Positions 44,854 to 58,660 of a stretch of 64,000 nt of DNA are shown piece by piece. Position 1 is the stretch's first letter, and every line of letters begins with the position of its first letter. This stretch comes from Squalus acanthias (lineage: Eukaryota), in assembly GCA_030390025.1 (NCBI GenBank), contig CM059432.1:121956001-122020000 (forward strand), written 5' to 3'. Under the pieces are notes generated by a model. It worked only from the letters and a program-made list of their open reading frames with translations, did not search any database and was not told the DNA's origin. The translations under genes were made by a program, and so were the position numbers.

Positions 44854-45619
44854 ACCTTCTCCAGTGTCTCTACATCCTTTTTGTAATATGGAGACCAGAA
44901 CTGTGCACAGTGTGGTCTAACCAAGTTTCTATACAAGTTTAACATAACTTCTCTGCTTTTCAATTCATTCTACTAGAAATGACCCCCAGTGCTTTGTTTG
45001 CATTTTTATGGCCTTGTTAAGTTGCGTTGTTACTTTTAATAATCTGTTTATCTGTATCCATAGATTCCTTTGCTCCTCTATCCCATTTAGACTCATTTTC
45101 CAAGGAATATGTGGCCTCCTTATTCCTCCTACCAAAATGTACCACCTCACACTTATCTATATTGAAATTAATTTGCCATTTATTAACCTCTTCTTGAATT
45201 TTTTCGCAGTCTTCCTCAGTATTAACCATACCCCTCAATTTGATGTCATCTGCAAATTTTGAAATTGTACTTCCAATTCCCAAGCCCAAATAGTTTATGT
45301 AAATGGTAAACAACAGTGATCCCAGCACCGCTCCCAGTGGAACACCACTTCCCCCCTACTGCCAGTCTGAATAACTACCTTTAACCACTACTCGCTATTT
45401 TATGTTTTATAGCCAGCTTGCTATCCATTCTGCTACTTGCACCCTAACTCCACATGCTATGACCTTAGTTATGAAACTGTCAACATAGGACAATGCACTT
45501 TACCAATCCTGATAACTGAAAACCATGTTTCAGAAAGGTTGATTGACAATCAGGGATATTCCCTGCAGTTATAGCTATTGACTCTAACATAACATCTGCA
45601 GACAGATGCTGAGAACAAA

Positions 45620-46860
45620 TATCATGAGGCAATGGGACTACAAGAAGTTTGATAGAGCAGGCCATTAGCATTCTGAAGTTTAATTTTAGGTGTCTGGACA
45701 AATCTGGTGGAGCCTTGCAGTACAGCCCAGCAAGAGTATCCAGAAATAATGTACATAATGTTGCTATGTGGACAGGGTTACTACATCCTGAAGCTGAAGA
45801 GGATGATGGTGAAGAAGAGGAAATTAGCCTTCCATTGACACATAAAGAGGAGGTTGCCCAGGATGGAGAGGAGGTAGAGCAAGACATCCATCAGCTCACA
45901 GCTAGAGAAAGGAGGCAACATCTTATTGCCAATAGTTTTTTTTAAATGCTGTACAAAGAAGTAAAAATCGTTCCCTATTAGCTGGAACCACCACAACCCC
46001 AACAGTCACAGTAAGACCTGCATTCCCAAAGGCATCTACTCCTTGGCTTAGTAAACATCTGGTGCCATTATTTATAGACCACTGGTGCTGGGCATAGGCT
46101 TGCAGTTGCAGCTGGCCAGTGTGACAATTGAATAAATAGTCCCAATTAAGTCTTGGAATCCATGTGAAAGGGTTGTTAGGCTAACGCACAAGACATTTAT
46201 TGTGGCAGTGGTAGCTGCCACTCCTGAAACCACCAATTTATTTAGAACCGCCTCATGGTGCCTTGTTGCCACAGATACTGCCTGGACTGTCACATTCTCC
46301 AGGGTAGAAACATAGAAACATAGAAAAATAGGAGCAGGAGTAGGCCATTCAGCCCTTCGAGCCTGCTCCGCCATTCAATATGATCATGGCTGATCTCCTA
46401 TCTCAATACCATATTCCTGCTCTCTCCCCATACCCCTTGATGCCTTTTGTGTCTGGATGATGCCTTTTGTGTCTATTTCTAGTAGAATGAAGTTTGTCAT
46501 GTCATGTTCTGCATGGCATGACAAACTTCCAGCATTGTGTTGCAGATGGGTAGAGTAGAGCCTTTCCACTTATCCATTATCTCAACCACATACATGGAGC
46601 CCTTCTCCACTGCCTGCACATAAGATTGACACTCCCTATTTAATGCTCTTCTGAACACTGTGCTGAGCTCCATGGGTCCCAAAGCTCCAGAGCCAAGGAC
46701 AGGCATTTCTCCACCCTCTGTGGAGGAATAGCTTGCTCCCTCTCTTCCACTCCCAGGTCTTCATAGTTGCTTGTGCTCGATGCTTCATCCTTTGCAAACT
46801 CTTCTGACCTGTTAATTACTTCCTCCTAAGTGGGTGTCTCTGAGCTGGTGCTGGAGCACA
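45620..46860. mobile_element. Harbinger remnant (transposase C-terminus on +), with a small CR1 tail at about 46305-46450
   Basis: IEQAISILKFNFRCLDKSGGALQYSPARVS followed by an acidic tail. Confidence 0.65.
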
Positions 46861-47399
46861 TAAGATATCATGATGGACTTCATGATATTCCACATGAAGC
46901 TGAAAGAACTGTTCTCTCTCTCGCCCTGCTTTCAACAGTCTGCTCTTGACACTTCGGGGGGAATTTTAACATGTAAAGAGCACGTGGATTTGGGTTCAGG
47001 AGGGTTCTTAAAATTGGCGAAAATGTCAGCGCATCCGGAAGCCGACTCCAACGCACCAACTTCTAGGTTTAACTCAGGCGCGCTTTGATGTGTGTGCATA
47101 ACCCCCACTGGAGAGGCGGGTTAGTGCTTATAATATTTAAATGAGCCACTTTGGACGAGATTTTGACCGGCATTTAAACTTAACTTCACATGAACGGGTT
47201 TCTCGGGATTCCTGAAACTTGCCATTGAAACCAAAGTGAGAAGACTGATCTGGAATTCATGGGGCTCATTAAAAGTCAGGCATATGGGCATCAATAAACG
47301 TTCAGTGCTCACAGCTACTTTCTTACTTCCCACTGGGGAAGGGTTTGTTGAGAGTATTTGTGGCGAGAGGCTAATTTGTGCACTTTGGAGGTTTCGAGA

Positions 47400-48900
47400 C
47401 TCAAGATCAGGATGGGTGGCGCTGTGGCTGCCTTAGATTAGGACTCAGACGAGGAGCAAGGTGACCGTCAGCAGCAGCAACAGTCTGCTGTGGAGAGACC
47501 TGCAGTTGGTCAGCAGAGAGGGGAGCAGCAGAGAGGGATGTGGAAGAGAGGGAGCGGCAGAGAGCGATGTGGAAGAGAGGGAGCGGCAGAGAGGGATGTG
47601 GAAAAGAGGGAGCGGCAGAGAGGGATGTGGAGAGAGGGGTGCAACAGAGAGGGGAGCAGCAGAGGGGAGCGGCGGAGAGGGATATAGAATAGAGGGGTGC
47701 GGTAGAGAGGGGTGTGGCAGAGAGGGAGCGGCAGAGAGGGATATAGAATAGAGGGGTGTGGTAGAGAGGGGAGCGGCAGAGAGGGGAGCGGCAGAGAGGG
47801 GAGCACCGGATTGGGGAGCAGCGTAGAGGGATGTGGAAGAGAGGGGTGCGGCAGAGAGGGGAGCGGCAGAGAGGGATGTGGAAGAGAGGGGAGCAGCGGA
47901 GAGGGGAGCAGCAGAGAGAGGAGCAGCAGAGAGGGGAGCAGCAGAGAGGGGAGCAGCAGAGAGGGGAGCGGCGGAGAGAGGAGCGCTGGAGAAGGGAGCG
48001 TTGGAGAGGGATGTGGAAGAGAGGGGAGCGGCGGAGAGGGGAGCAGCAGAGAGGGGAGCGGCGGAGAGAGGAGCGGTGGAGAAGGGAGCGGTGGAGAGGG
48101 ATGTGGAAGAGAGGGGAGCGGCGGAGAGAGGAGCGGTGGAGAAGGGAGCGGTGGAGAGGGATGTGGAAGAGAGGGGAGCGGCGAAGAGGGGTGCGGCAGA
48201 AAGGGGAGCGGCGGAGAGGGGAGCGGCAGAGAGGTCGAGATTACAGGAGGCACTACCTGTGAAACAGGGTGTACAAGCAAAGCCTTAGCATCCTTGACCT
48301 CTCGGAAGAGCAGTGCTTCCGGAGACTGAGATTGTCACGTCAGGTGGTGGCACCTCCTAGAAAAGTATCTGCTCCCCACTGGACCTGGTGACCACACCTT
48401 ACCAGTGGCTGTGAAAGTGACCACTGCCCTCAACTTTTTTGCCTCCAGATTCTTCCAAGGCATTGCCAGAGACATATCCAGGATCTCTCAGTTAGCTGCA
48501 CATAAATGCATTAGGCAGGTCACTGATGGATTGTTTGTCAGGGCCAACAATTATGTCAACTGTGCCTGTGATGATACCAGTCAGAATGAGCGGGCACTCA
48601 GGTTTGCGTCTCTGGCTGGCTTTCGACAGGTGCAAGGTGTCCTCAATTGCACATACGTGACAATCCGTGCACCCCAAGATCGACGAGAAGTATTTGTGAA
48701 GTGCGAGGGGTTCCATTCCATCAATGTTCAGCTGGTGTGCAACCACAAGTACAGGTTTATGCAGGTGTGCACCAGATTCCCAGGGAGCTGCCATAATGCT
48801 TTCACCCTTCAGCAGTCCAAGCTCCCCAACCACTTTGGACCTGCTAGCAGACTTAAAGGGTGGCCACTGCGAAACAAAGGAAACCCCCTTCAAACTTAGT
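47400..48900 (+). pseudogene. Harbinger (HARBI1-like) DDE transposase pseudogene
   Basis: VKVTTALNFFAS, VQGVLNCTYV, GFHSINVQLVC, RFPGSCHNAF; element begins near GGGGGGAATTTTAAC at 46956. Confidence 0.85.
47515..48235. repeat. 15-bp purine-rich tandem repeat
   Basis: Unit about GAGAGGGGAGCGGCA with variants GAGAGGGATGTGGAA. Confidence 0.9.
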
Positions 48901-49189
48901 TGATGAAACTTGTGAGAAACCCAATCCCACTGACACAAAGCAGTCCTGTAACCAACAGCCACCCATTGTACATCCCCCCCCATTGGTCCCCGTCAATTCA
49001 TGTCTTCTCATTCATCAACAAGCAACTGAAAAGGCGAGTTGTCACCCAGCAACGAAAAATGGACAACATGGGAAAGTGGTGCAAAGTAATAAATTTTATG
49101 TGATTGTACTAAACAACGGAAACTAACAACATTACATGTTCTCATACACCCATGGCCAGACCCTTGTGAAACTACAAAGCTTTACTCTT

Positions 49190-51005
49190 CCTTTTCCTAC
49201 CACTCCGACGTGGTGCAACCCTTGTGGCTTCAGCAGAGGTAGAGGAACGCTGCTCAAATCCCTGCTCTGTCTGTTGAGATGCTCTTGGTCGTGACCTCTG
49301 GCTTTTGAAGCCCGTGAAGGCCCCGCCAAAGACTGCTCCACCTGCACCTGTGCAGGGGCAGACTCGACCATCGGGAGACAAGGCACCATGTGGACTACTG
49401 ACTGAGTGGTGGGCTATGGGTGAGAAGTAGGAATGCTTTGAGTAGATTTCCCATTTCCATGTCCCCTTTCGCCATCATCCCTCTCATGGGTTAGCCGTAC
49501 TTCACTGCTACCACTCTGCTGGAGAGCAGCTTGGTGCAGATCAGTGACACGCTGTAAGGCCATGGCTAAGGTGTCTGGCATCCTATTTAAGGCGCCAGAC
49601 ATGTTGGCATACAATGTGTGCACGGCCGTGGTCAAGGCCTGCATGGACTCATTTGATTATCGTAATTTATGTTCCATGGAGGAGGCCACTCTATCCATGG
49701 AAGTAGCCTCACAATGCCCTGTGGCATCAACCCACTCATGCTTGAGGAGGACTCCTCCATTCTCTCTGCAATCGTGGACAGTGTGCGTGGAAGGCCTGCC
49801 AGTACGTCATAGATATTCTGCTGCCCCTCAATGATTATCCTTTTCATTAATGGCCCCTGGGATACAGCATCTGTGTCCACTGAGCAGAACTTGGAGAGGG
49901 CTGTGCCCTCCGATGTGGACGATCCACGGCTGCTCCTGCCATCACTGTCTGCCCGTGCTCACTGTGTAACTGTGAGTTCAACTGTGATGTGAAATCCCAA
50001 CTAACTGCCTAGCTGGTCCCTCAGATGCATGAGTATCTGAGCTGGTGCATGGTATGCTTGAATCCTGTGACGGTGCTCCCTCATAAGGAATCAACTCCTC
50101 TGAGGATTTGTTGTCCGGGAAGTCCACCGACTCCTGCTGCATGCATGAAGGCCCTGGCGCAGAGAAAATATGTGAATTAGTCCTGGCAAGGTCAGAATGT
50201 TGTAATTTAGCATTATGAAGATGATCATATTTCACTCGCTGCTGAAATCAAGTCAACATGACTGAGTGTTGCATGACATGTGGGTCGCTGATATTTAATT
50301 GTGTCACCAGGTGGCTGGAAGGTCCCAATATCCCCATCTTCGATGGTCAGGGATGCCGAAACATCACTGATCCCCAGTGCTTCCTCCTCTGCAGCTGTCA
50401 ACTGTGCAATCTGTGGAGGACCGCCTCCAGTTCTCTCCCTCTCTCTAGTGTTCTGCGCTTTCTCCTCCTGCAACGGGGTAAAGTATCAACCTATGAGTGA
50501 CTGCAATAGCATTTGTTCACCCGATGGATGCAGTTCATTTGGTGAGAGTGACTATCAGGGATTAAGTTGCATAAGGATGAGGGTGAATGGGAGTGGTGGA
50601 TGGATAGATGAGGATGTGAGGAAGTGCATAGAAAGAGAAGGATGGGTGCACCTGCAAGGTAAGTGGGTGTGAGGAGTGATGTGATAGAGTATGCTTGACA
50701 AGGCAGAGTGACGGTTTGGGGTGATGCGCACAGCAGGATATAGTTGAATGTGCAACTGTACTCACCTTTCCTGACCTGGTTAGGTCATTAAACCACTTTC
50801 TGCACTGAATCCAGGAGCATAGCACAATGCTCCTGTTGCTGATCTCCTCGGCCACCTTCAGCCATGCCTTCTTCATTGTAGGAGCAGGTTTCTACCTCCT
50901 GTTGCTGGGGAAGAGTATCTCTCTCTGACTCCTTACTGCCCACAGCAATGCATCAAGGGAGACGTCATTAAATTACAGTGCAGCCCGTAACTGTCCGGAA
51001 TCCAT
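49190..51005 (-). pseudogene. Harbinger Myb/SANT-like accessory gene, multi-exon, decayed
   Basis: Exon 1 MDSG…KKAWLKVAEEI…WIQCRKWFNDLTRSGK then GTGAGT (50765); exon 2 EEKAQNTRERERTGGGPP after a CAG acceptor; convergent with the transposase. Confidence 0.75.
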
Positions 51006-51829
51006 TACAGCAATTCTCCCTCCCAACTCCTCCAAATTCCATCCTTTAATTGGCCCTTTAAATGCTCCAGTTGAGATCGCGTCATGCGGGTCCGCACCAT
51101 GCCCGCTGTTGCGCAGTCAACACTAAATCCAGCAATAATATTATAATGAGGTGGCTCCGTTGAAATAGCACAAACAATCCCACTGAAACTTCTTCCAGGC
51201 TTCGCACCTGATATCGCACCCCACCACTCCGAATAAACCTCAGAGTTATTATCAGGCCCCCATCTTCTACCTCCCTGTCTCCCACAACCTTGTCTGTGTG
51301 CTTTCCAATTACAAATCCTCCTCAAGTGTAGACAACCTTCAGAAAGAAAGTATTCCCCTTGAAGTTATGTTTCTTGTCATGTGCAACCATTTCCTTTGCT
51401 ACAACAGAACACGGTGATGAAGGAATCTTTGTGATAATTGCATTTCTCTTCACCCAGGTTTCTGCATCTATCCCACAATTATAATGTTAGCAGGGGCACA
51501 CTCCTCATTAAAAACCAATACAACCCCGTTGCAGCAGGCAACGTGAATTCACACAGTGCTTTAGAGTTAACGTCATGTATTACTGCTCCAGAGGTTCCCT
51601 GCGACTAGGTCAGTTTTCCTGACACCCAAGGAATGACACAAAGAGGGCATGAGGTAATGAGTTTTTCACATCGCTATCATTCCAAGATGACGGAGACATG
51701 ACATGCCACAGGATGCGTAAGGGGAACAGTGTTTTCACTTCCCATTGCCAACCTTTTGAGGTCATTAAACCTCTTCTTGCACTGTGCTGGTGTACACACT
51801 GCATCTGCTGGTAGATTTTCCTTTACGGG

Positions 51830-52460
51830 AACACCCCTTCACACCTCATTAAATGACTAACAGAATACCCCAATCCTTACCTTCCATTCCTCCAGTCTCC
51901 ACTTTCAACAGATCAACTTCCACCATTCCACCACAGCTTCCCCTCCTCTCCTCTCTCCATTTTCCAGAGAGATAATTCCCTCTGCAACACCCTGATTTGC
52001 TCTTCCATCATGCCCGATTCCACTGCCCTTCCCCAAGGCACCTTCTTGTACAAAAGCAGGAAATGCATCACCTGGCCATTCACCTCCTCCCACACAGTTG
52101 TCCAGGGCCCCAAACACTCCTTCTGTGTGAGGCAGCAATTTCCATATACTTGCTCTAATTTAGTATGCTCTATCCTCCTTTTGTGTTTTTTCTCCTCTAC
52201 ACTGAGGAGACCAAATGCTGATTAGATGACCAGTTTGCTGAACATCGCCATCTGTCTGTAAATGCAACCCCGAGTAAACGGTGGCTCGCCACTTTATCTC
52301 CCCCTCTCATTCCCGATCTTACCTCTCTGTCATTCGCCTCAATACACTGTTCCAATGAAGCTCAGCACAACCTGCAATAACAGTATCTTATCCTTCTCCT
52401 AGACACTCTGCAATCCTCTAGTCTGAACTTGACTGTATTAACTTCAAACTTTAGCTATAT
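51830..52460 (+). mobile_element. Penelope-like GIY-YIG fragment
   Basis: FQRDNSLCNTL…GTF…KCITWPFTS…QGPKHSFCVRQQF…SNLV…LYTEETK. Confidence 0.65.
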
Positions 52461-53748
52461 CCTCATTTTCAAATCTGTTTTAATTTCACACCTGACTCTC
52501 GAAGATTTCCATTTTCTCACATTTCCCCAGGCCTACCATAGCTACCTACACTTCCTAGGCCCTGGATTTTCCTGACATAGTTGGTAAAATAGTAATACAG
52601 GACTTCTGCCTGCCCTTATGATCCTGCCTGTAGCTGACCGCACTTTCCTTGAATATGCAAGGTGGGATATCAGCTCAAATCCCACTCCTGACTGGGTCTG
52701 CCCCGCTGACAAGGAGAGAAATTGAGACAGGATGCAGCAGTTGAAATGATCAAGAAGCACGGCAGGTGACTCAGAATGGAGGGAAAGACAGACAGACAGA
52801 GAGCTGGACTTGCACTTGAACATTGAAAAATGATGGCAGAAAGAGGAGCACCATCCTGGGGGCTCTGCAATGACCAAAACACCAAGATCCTCAGAAACTG
52901 TGGTAGAGTTAATGCTGGCCAAGATAAGGGCCAGAAGATCTTGGCACCCAGGGAGTAAAGCCCTAGAAATAAGATGTACATGCAGTCTAGAGGGTGATGG
53001 CACTGTCAGTCAATGCCAAACCTACCACCCACCCATAGCTATTCAGTGTCAGAAATATTTTAATGACCTCATCAGGCTGGCCAAGGTAAGTGAAGGCACA
53101 AGTGCCCATGCAGCTTTTGAGAAGCAGTACACATCTCCACACCATCCAGAACCACTTAGTGTCAAAGAAGAAATGAGTAGTATTCTCGCTGACCCTTAGT
53201 AGGCACTTGATCCCCCACCGTCCCCCCACGTGTACACATCCTCTCCTACCATTCCACTCTCCCATATCACATGTCCTGCCGTGCTTGACTGAGAAGTGAA
53301 GAAAACGTTGCATTGCCTGCACCTGATGGTATGTTCTCAAGGGAACGTTGTCATATGCAGGGTGTAGAAGGCATTGTGAATTTGTCTGTCGTATGTCTTA
53401 ATCTTTCTGTCTTTGTAAAGGAGAAACATGTGTACAACCAAAGGCAAAGAACTGCCAGGGGAGGAGGAAAGGCTAGCATAGAGCTCTTGTGTAGGTATTC
53501 GGAGGAACCTCTGCAGTTCCTGGGCAGACACACCGGAGAAACTGTGGGTGATAGAGTTGAAGGAGAGCTGGCAGGTTCAAGTTGGTAATGGGATGGCGTG
53601 CTTACACAACTGTGAGTTTTTACTTATGCAAAAGTTCTGATGACTTGAAGGGCCTCCTGATATTGCTCAGTCACATTTTCTGAATCACAACTCAGAAAAC
53701 ACCTTCCTAAAATAAATGTCGCTTGCATCCCTCACAGGTGCTAAAAGT

Positions 53749-54620
53749 TTACAGAAAGAAGCATCTGGATACACTGGCTGCTGCATGCTGAAGGGCTCCT
53801 CCAGATCTGTCAAGGCATCTGAATCGCACTTTGAGTATGCCTATTGTCTGCTCTATGACACATCTGGTGGAGATGTGGTTTTCATTATATCTCTCCTGGG
53901 CCTCAGTACTTGGCCTCCTCAAAGGTGTCAGGAGCCACGTTTTCAGTGGATAGTCCTTGACTTCAAGCAGCCAGCCGGAAAGTCTGTTTGAAGGTGCGAA
54001 CAGCTGAGGGAGGGTGGACTGGCACAGGACGAAAGAGTCATGACAGCTACCAGGGAATTTGGCGCACACATGCATGATGATCTTCCTATGGTTGCAGACC
54101 AGCTGCACATTGAGGGAGTGGAACCCCTTGTGGTTGACAAAGACACCTGGGTGATGATGGGGTGCCCTGATGGCCACATGTGCGCAGTCGATGACACCCT
54201 GCACCCGTGGGAAGCCAACCAGAGAGGCAAAGCTGAGCACCCACTCAGTAACACTGGCTTCATCAGTGGCAAATTTGATATAATTGCCGGACTTGTCAAG
54301 CAGAGCATCAGTGACCTGTGTGATGCATCTGTGGGTGGCTGATTGCGAGATGCCGCAAATGTCTGCAGCAGATCCTGGGAAGAAGCCTGAGGCGAAGAGG
54401 TTGAGGGCACTGGCGATTTTGACAACCACTGGTAAGGTGTATCCACTTGTTCCTCTGGGCTGCAGGTCTTGGTCCAGCAATGTGCAAATGTCTGCGACGA
54501 CCTGGCATGATAGCATGAGCCTCCTTTGGCACTGCTGCTCAGTCATGTTGAGGAAGCTCATCCTCTGCCTGTATACCCTGTGTTGGGGTTATTGCCTCCG
54601 GCTCGGTGCAGCCCTGCGCT
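53749..54620 (-). pseudogene. Harbinger (HARBI1-like) transposase, truncated
   Basis: [57 protein letters not shown]. Confidence 0.88.
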
Positions 54621-55109
54621 GATGCCCTCTGTTCTGTGCAGCATCAGTGCATTGAGGAGAAGATTGGTGGTGTTGTTGTTGGTGCTGCTGGTGTGCCTGG
54701 TGCTGCTGATGTTGGGGCTGATCGTGGTCAGATTCTGAGGATCAAGTTGAGACAGTATAAGTGGTACCCATGCTGATGGAATAGATGGCAGGTGAAGTAG
54801 AGATGACAGAAGCAATCTGTCAATGGTGAGAGAGGTTCTTCCAATGAGGTGACAGTGGATGGAGACTTTGCTTGAAAGACTTGCAGTTGTAGAAAGCTCA
54901 ATCTGTGTTGCAAATGCAGTGAGAAACAGCTTCTGCATGAGGAAAGTGATCACTGGTCAGGTGGTTGCTTTTATAGTACATTCGATGCAGTCAAGCAATC
55001 AGCTGGAGCAATAGCCACTCAACTCCCGCCACAAGTTTACAGACATGCTTCCCAAACAGCGTGGTCCCCGTGCGAATCCAGTGAAATTTACAAGGTAAGT
55101 TTACTGCAA

Positions 55110-55698
55110 TTATATAGGGCCCTGGTGAGACCACACCTGGAGTATTGTGTAGTGTTTTGGTTTCCTTACCTTAGAAAGGATATACTTGCCATAGAGGGAG
55201 TGCACCGAAGGTTCACCAGACTAATTCCTGGGATGGGGGGATTGTCTTATGAGGAGAGATTAAGTAGACTAGGCCTATATTCTCTAGAGTTTAGAAGAAT
55301 GAGAGGTGATCTCATTGAAACCTACAAACTTCTTACAAGGCTTGACAGAGTAGATGCAGGGAGGATGTTTCCCCTGGCTGGGGAGTCTAGAACCAGGGGT
55401 CACAGTCTCAGAATAAGGGGTCGGCCATTTAGGACTGAGATGAGGAGAAATTTCTTCACTCAGAGGGTGGTGAATCTTTGGGATTCTCTACCCGAGAGGG
55501 CTGTGGAGGCTCAGTCGTTGAGTATATTCAAGGCAGAGATTGATATATTTTTGAATATTAAGGGAATCAAGGCATATGGGGATAGTTCAGGAAAGTGGAG
55601 TTGAGGTAGAAGATCAGCCATGATCTCATTGAATCGCGGAGCAGGCTCAAAGGGCCAAATGGCCTACTCCTGCTCCTATTTCTTATGTTCTTATGTTC
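55110..55698 (+). mobile_element. CR1 3' fragment
   Basis: RPHLEYCV…LGLYSLEFRRMRGDLIE…; (TTCTTATG) tail. Confidence 0.9.
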
Positions 55699-56924
55699 TA
55701 AAATCACTCTTAAGGGACTGACAACAAAGTAATATTTGTTTAAATTGAGTCCCCCGCCACTGCCGGTCGGGTCGGCTTCGCAAAGACAGATGCGCCTGTG
55801 GGAAAAGCACGCGGGAACGAGATGACAGCGGGTTCCCGACCCACTGTCAAAAAAAACAACTTTCCCACCCAACCCGCCACCGATCTTGCCCGGTACCACC
55901 CCAGAAAATTCTGGCCGTCAATTCACCTTATCCATCTGAATTGGGCCTATATTCATATTCTTATCAGTGAGGATAATTTTCACCTTCGGTGGGAGTGGAA
56001 AACTGATCAGCTGCCCGTTATACACTCCGCCTGATTTTCCTGTCCACTGACGTCAATGGTGTATAAAGGGCAGCTAGTCCACTACTGCCAGCCTCCAACC
56101 CTGTCAAAGTTGAAAATTACCCCTGGTGTTCTGTTTAAATTTCTTTGATTCTGATTAATATCAATTCTTTAAATCGATTCCAGCAATACTTGGAGATCAG
56201 TAATGCAAAATGAGGGATGAGTTATTTGACTGAAGAAGTAGACAACTGCTGGCTTTTATTATTTTCATGCAACTGTATGACCACAGGTGCCTTATTATAG
56301 TAATAATAAATATTATTAGAATGATAATAAATAATAGGTGATAGAAAGTTAATTAAACTATGAAACACGATTGAGTATTTAATCAGCTTAAGGTTCCTTA
56401 GACTATAAAATACATTTAAACATTATCATTAACAGTCATTTAATAATGCAGGTATTACCAAATGTTAATATCCTTTTTCTCAAATGATTTATTTTATTTT
56501 ATCTATGCAAATGATACTTGATTGTAATTTGAAACAAAAGGTTAAATATTCGCTGACTAAAACTATTTTATGTCCTTTATTGTCCAGATTACTTTCTTCT
56601 TTGGCTATGTTACCAATAAGTGTGTTATATTCAAGTATATATTTGTAGCTGGCAATATGGTGTGCAATGATTAGGGACTGTTTCCAGAAAATCTTCATCA
56701 GATAAATAGATTTTGCATAGTGGGACCAGGTTGACATGTCTTCAAGTCAGAATTTTAGCTCAATAGTTAGGATATTATTGAGTGAGAACGGCCATAATAC
56801 TTCCTTTATTGAAACCCTGGGAGAAGACATCTTCTTGGAGACATCATTTACCAAAAACATCTTTTGGTCAAATGATGCTGTTTCTCCTTTATCCTTTAAT
56901 CAAAAAATGAACATTGACTGAGGA

Positions 56925-58660
56925 TCTTTTTTTAAATTTGTTTATGGGATGTGGGTGTCGCTGGCAAGGCCAGCATTTATTGCCCATCCCTAATTGTCCT
57001 CGAGAAGGTGGTGGTGAGCCACCTTCTTGAACCGCTGCAGTCCGTGTGATGAAGGTACTCCCACAGTACTGTTAGGGAGGGAGTTCCAGGATTTTGACCC
57101 AGCGACGATGAAGGATCGGCGATATACTTCTAAGTCAGGATGGTGTGTGACTTGGAGGGGAACTTGGAGGTGGTGGTGTTCCCATGCGCCTACTGCCCTT
57201 GTCCTTCTAGATGAAAGAGGTCGCGGGTTTGGGAGGTACTGCCGAAGAAGCCTTGGCGAGTTGCTGCGGTGCATCTTGTAGATGGTACACACTGCAGCCA
57301 TAGTACGCCGTGGAGGGAGTGAATGTTTAAGGTGGTGGATGGGGTGCCAATCAAGCGGGTTGCTTTGTCCTGGATGGTGTTGAGCTTCTTGAGTGTTGTT
57401 GGAGCTGCACTCATCCAGGCAAGGGGAGAGTATTCCATCACACTCCTTACTTGTGCCTTGTAGATGGTGGAAAGGCTTTGGGGAGCCAGGAGGTGAGACA
57501 TTTGCCACAGAATACCTAGCCTCTGACCTGCTCTTGTTGCAACAGTATTTATGTGGCTGGCCCAGTTAAGTTTCTGGTCAATGGTGACCCCCAGGATGTT
57601 GATGGTGGGGGATTCGGCGATGATAATACTGTTGAATGTCAAGGGGAGGTGGTTAGACTATCGCTTGTTGGAGATGATTGACCTTCAACCACTACAACCA
57701 TCTTCCTTTGTGCTAGCTATGACACCAGCCAGTGGATCGTTTTCCCCTGATTCCCATTGACTTCAGTTTTATTAGGGCTCCTTGATGCCGCACTCGGTCA
57801 AATGCTGCCTTGATGTCAAGGGCAGTCACTCTCACCTCACCTCTGGAATTCAGCTCCTTTGTCCATGTTTGGACCAAGGCTGTAGTGAGGTCGGGAGCCG
57901 AGTGGTCTTGGCGGAACCCAAACTGGGCATCAGTGAGCAGGTTATTTGTGAGTAAGTGTCGCTTGATAGCATTGTCGATGATACCTTCCATCACTTTGCT
58001 GATGATTGAGAGTAGACTGGTGGGGCGGTAATTGGCCGGATTGGATTTGTCCTGCTTTTTGTGGACAGGACATACCTGGGCAGTTTTCAACATTGTCGGA
58101 TAGATGCCAGTGTTGTAGCTGTACTGGAATAGCAGGCTAGAGGCACGGCTAGATCTGGAGCACAAGTCTTCAGCACAACAGCCGGGATGTTGTCAGGGCC
58201 CATAGCCTTTGCTGTATCCAGTGCGCTCAGCCATTTCTTGATATCACGTGGAGTGAATTGAATTGGCTGAGGACTGGCTTCTGTGATGGTGGGGACCTCA
58301 GGAGTAGGCCGATATGGATCGTCCACTCGGCACTTCTGGCTGAAGATGGTTGCAAACGCTTCAGCCTTGTCTTTTGCACTCACGTGCTGGGCTCCACCAT
58401 CATTGAGGGTGGGGATATTCATGGATCCTCCTCCTCCCGTTAGTTGTTTAGTGGTCCACCACCATTCATGACTGGATGTGGCAGGACTGCAGAGCTTTGA
58501 TCTGATCCATTGATTGTGGGATCACTTAGCCCTGTCTATAACATGCTGCTTCCGCTTTTTAGCATGCATGTGTTGCAGCTTCCCCAGGTTGGCACCTCAT
58601 TTTTAGGTACACCTGGTGCTGCTGCTGGCATGCTCTGCTACACTCCTTATTGTACTAGGG
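56925..58660 (-). mobile_element. CR1-group LINE, same family as 17740-20080, internally deleted
   Basis: Long near-matching stretches in reverse orientation; central RT segment missing near 57680. Confidence 0.88.

Larger units (their letters stand above)
31858..45470 (-). mobile_element. Decayed CR1 RT region split by the provirus (31858-32059 and 44854-45470)
   Basis: KFADD…CAQFWSPYYKKDVETLEKV on the right flank continues into …MIPKLRGYNYQETLNRL…MFPLVGESKTRG on the left flank. Confidence 0.85.
52560..55915. mobile_element. Harbinger element (Myb remnant on + about 52860-53090, transposase on -), with a CR1 insertion
   Basis: QCQKYFNDLIRLAK then GTAAGT; transposase ORF 53749-54561; boundaries approximate. 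Confidence 0.65.

Noticed and set aside
47510..48329. Pro/Leu- and Glu/Arg/Gly-rich ORFs
   Set aside because: Translations of the 15-bp repeat
53749..54561. Domesticated host HARBI1 gene
   Set aside because: Truncated, GDxGY motif degenerate (EVKDY), one of several decayed copies next to a Myb remnant
56489..56921. Short ORFs in AT-rich unique DNA
   Set aside because: Interrupted by a stop, no recognisable homology or clear exon structure
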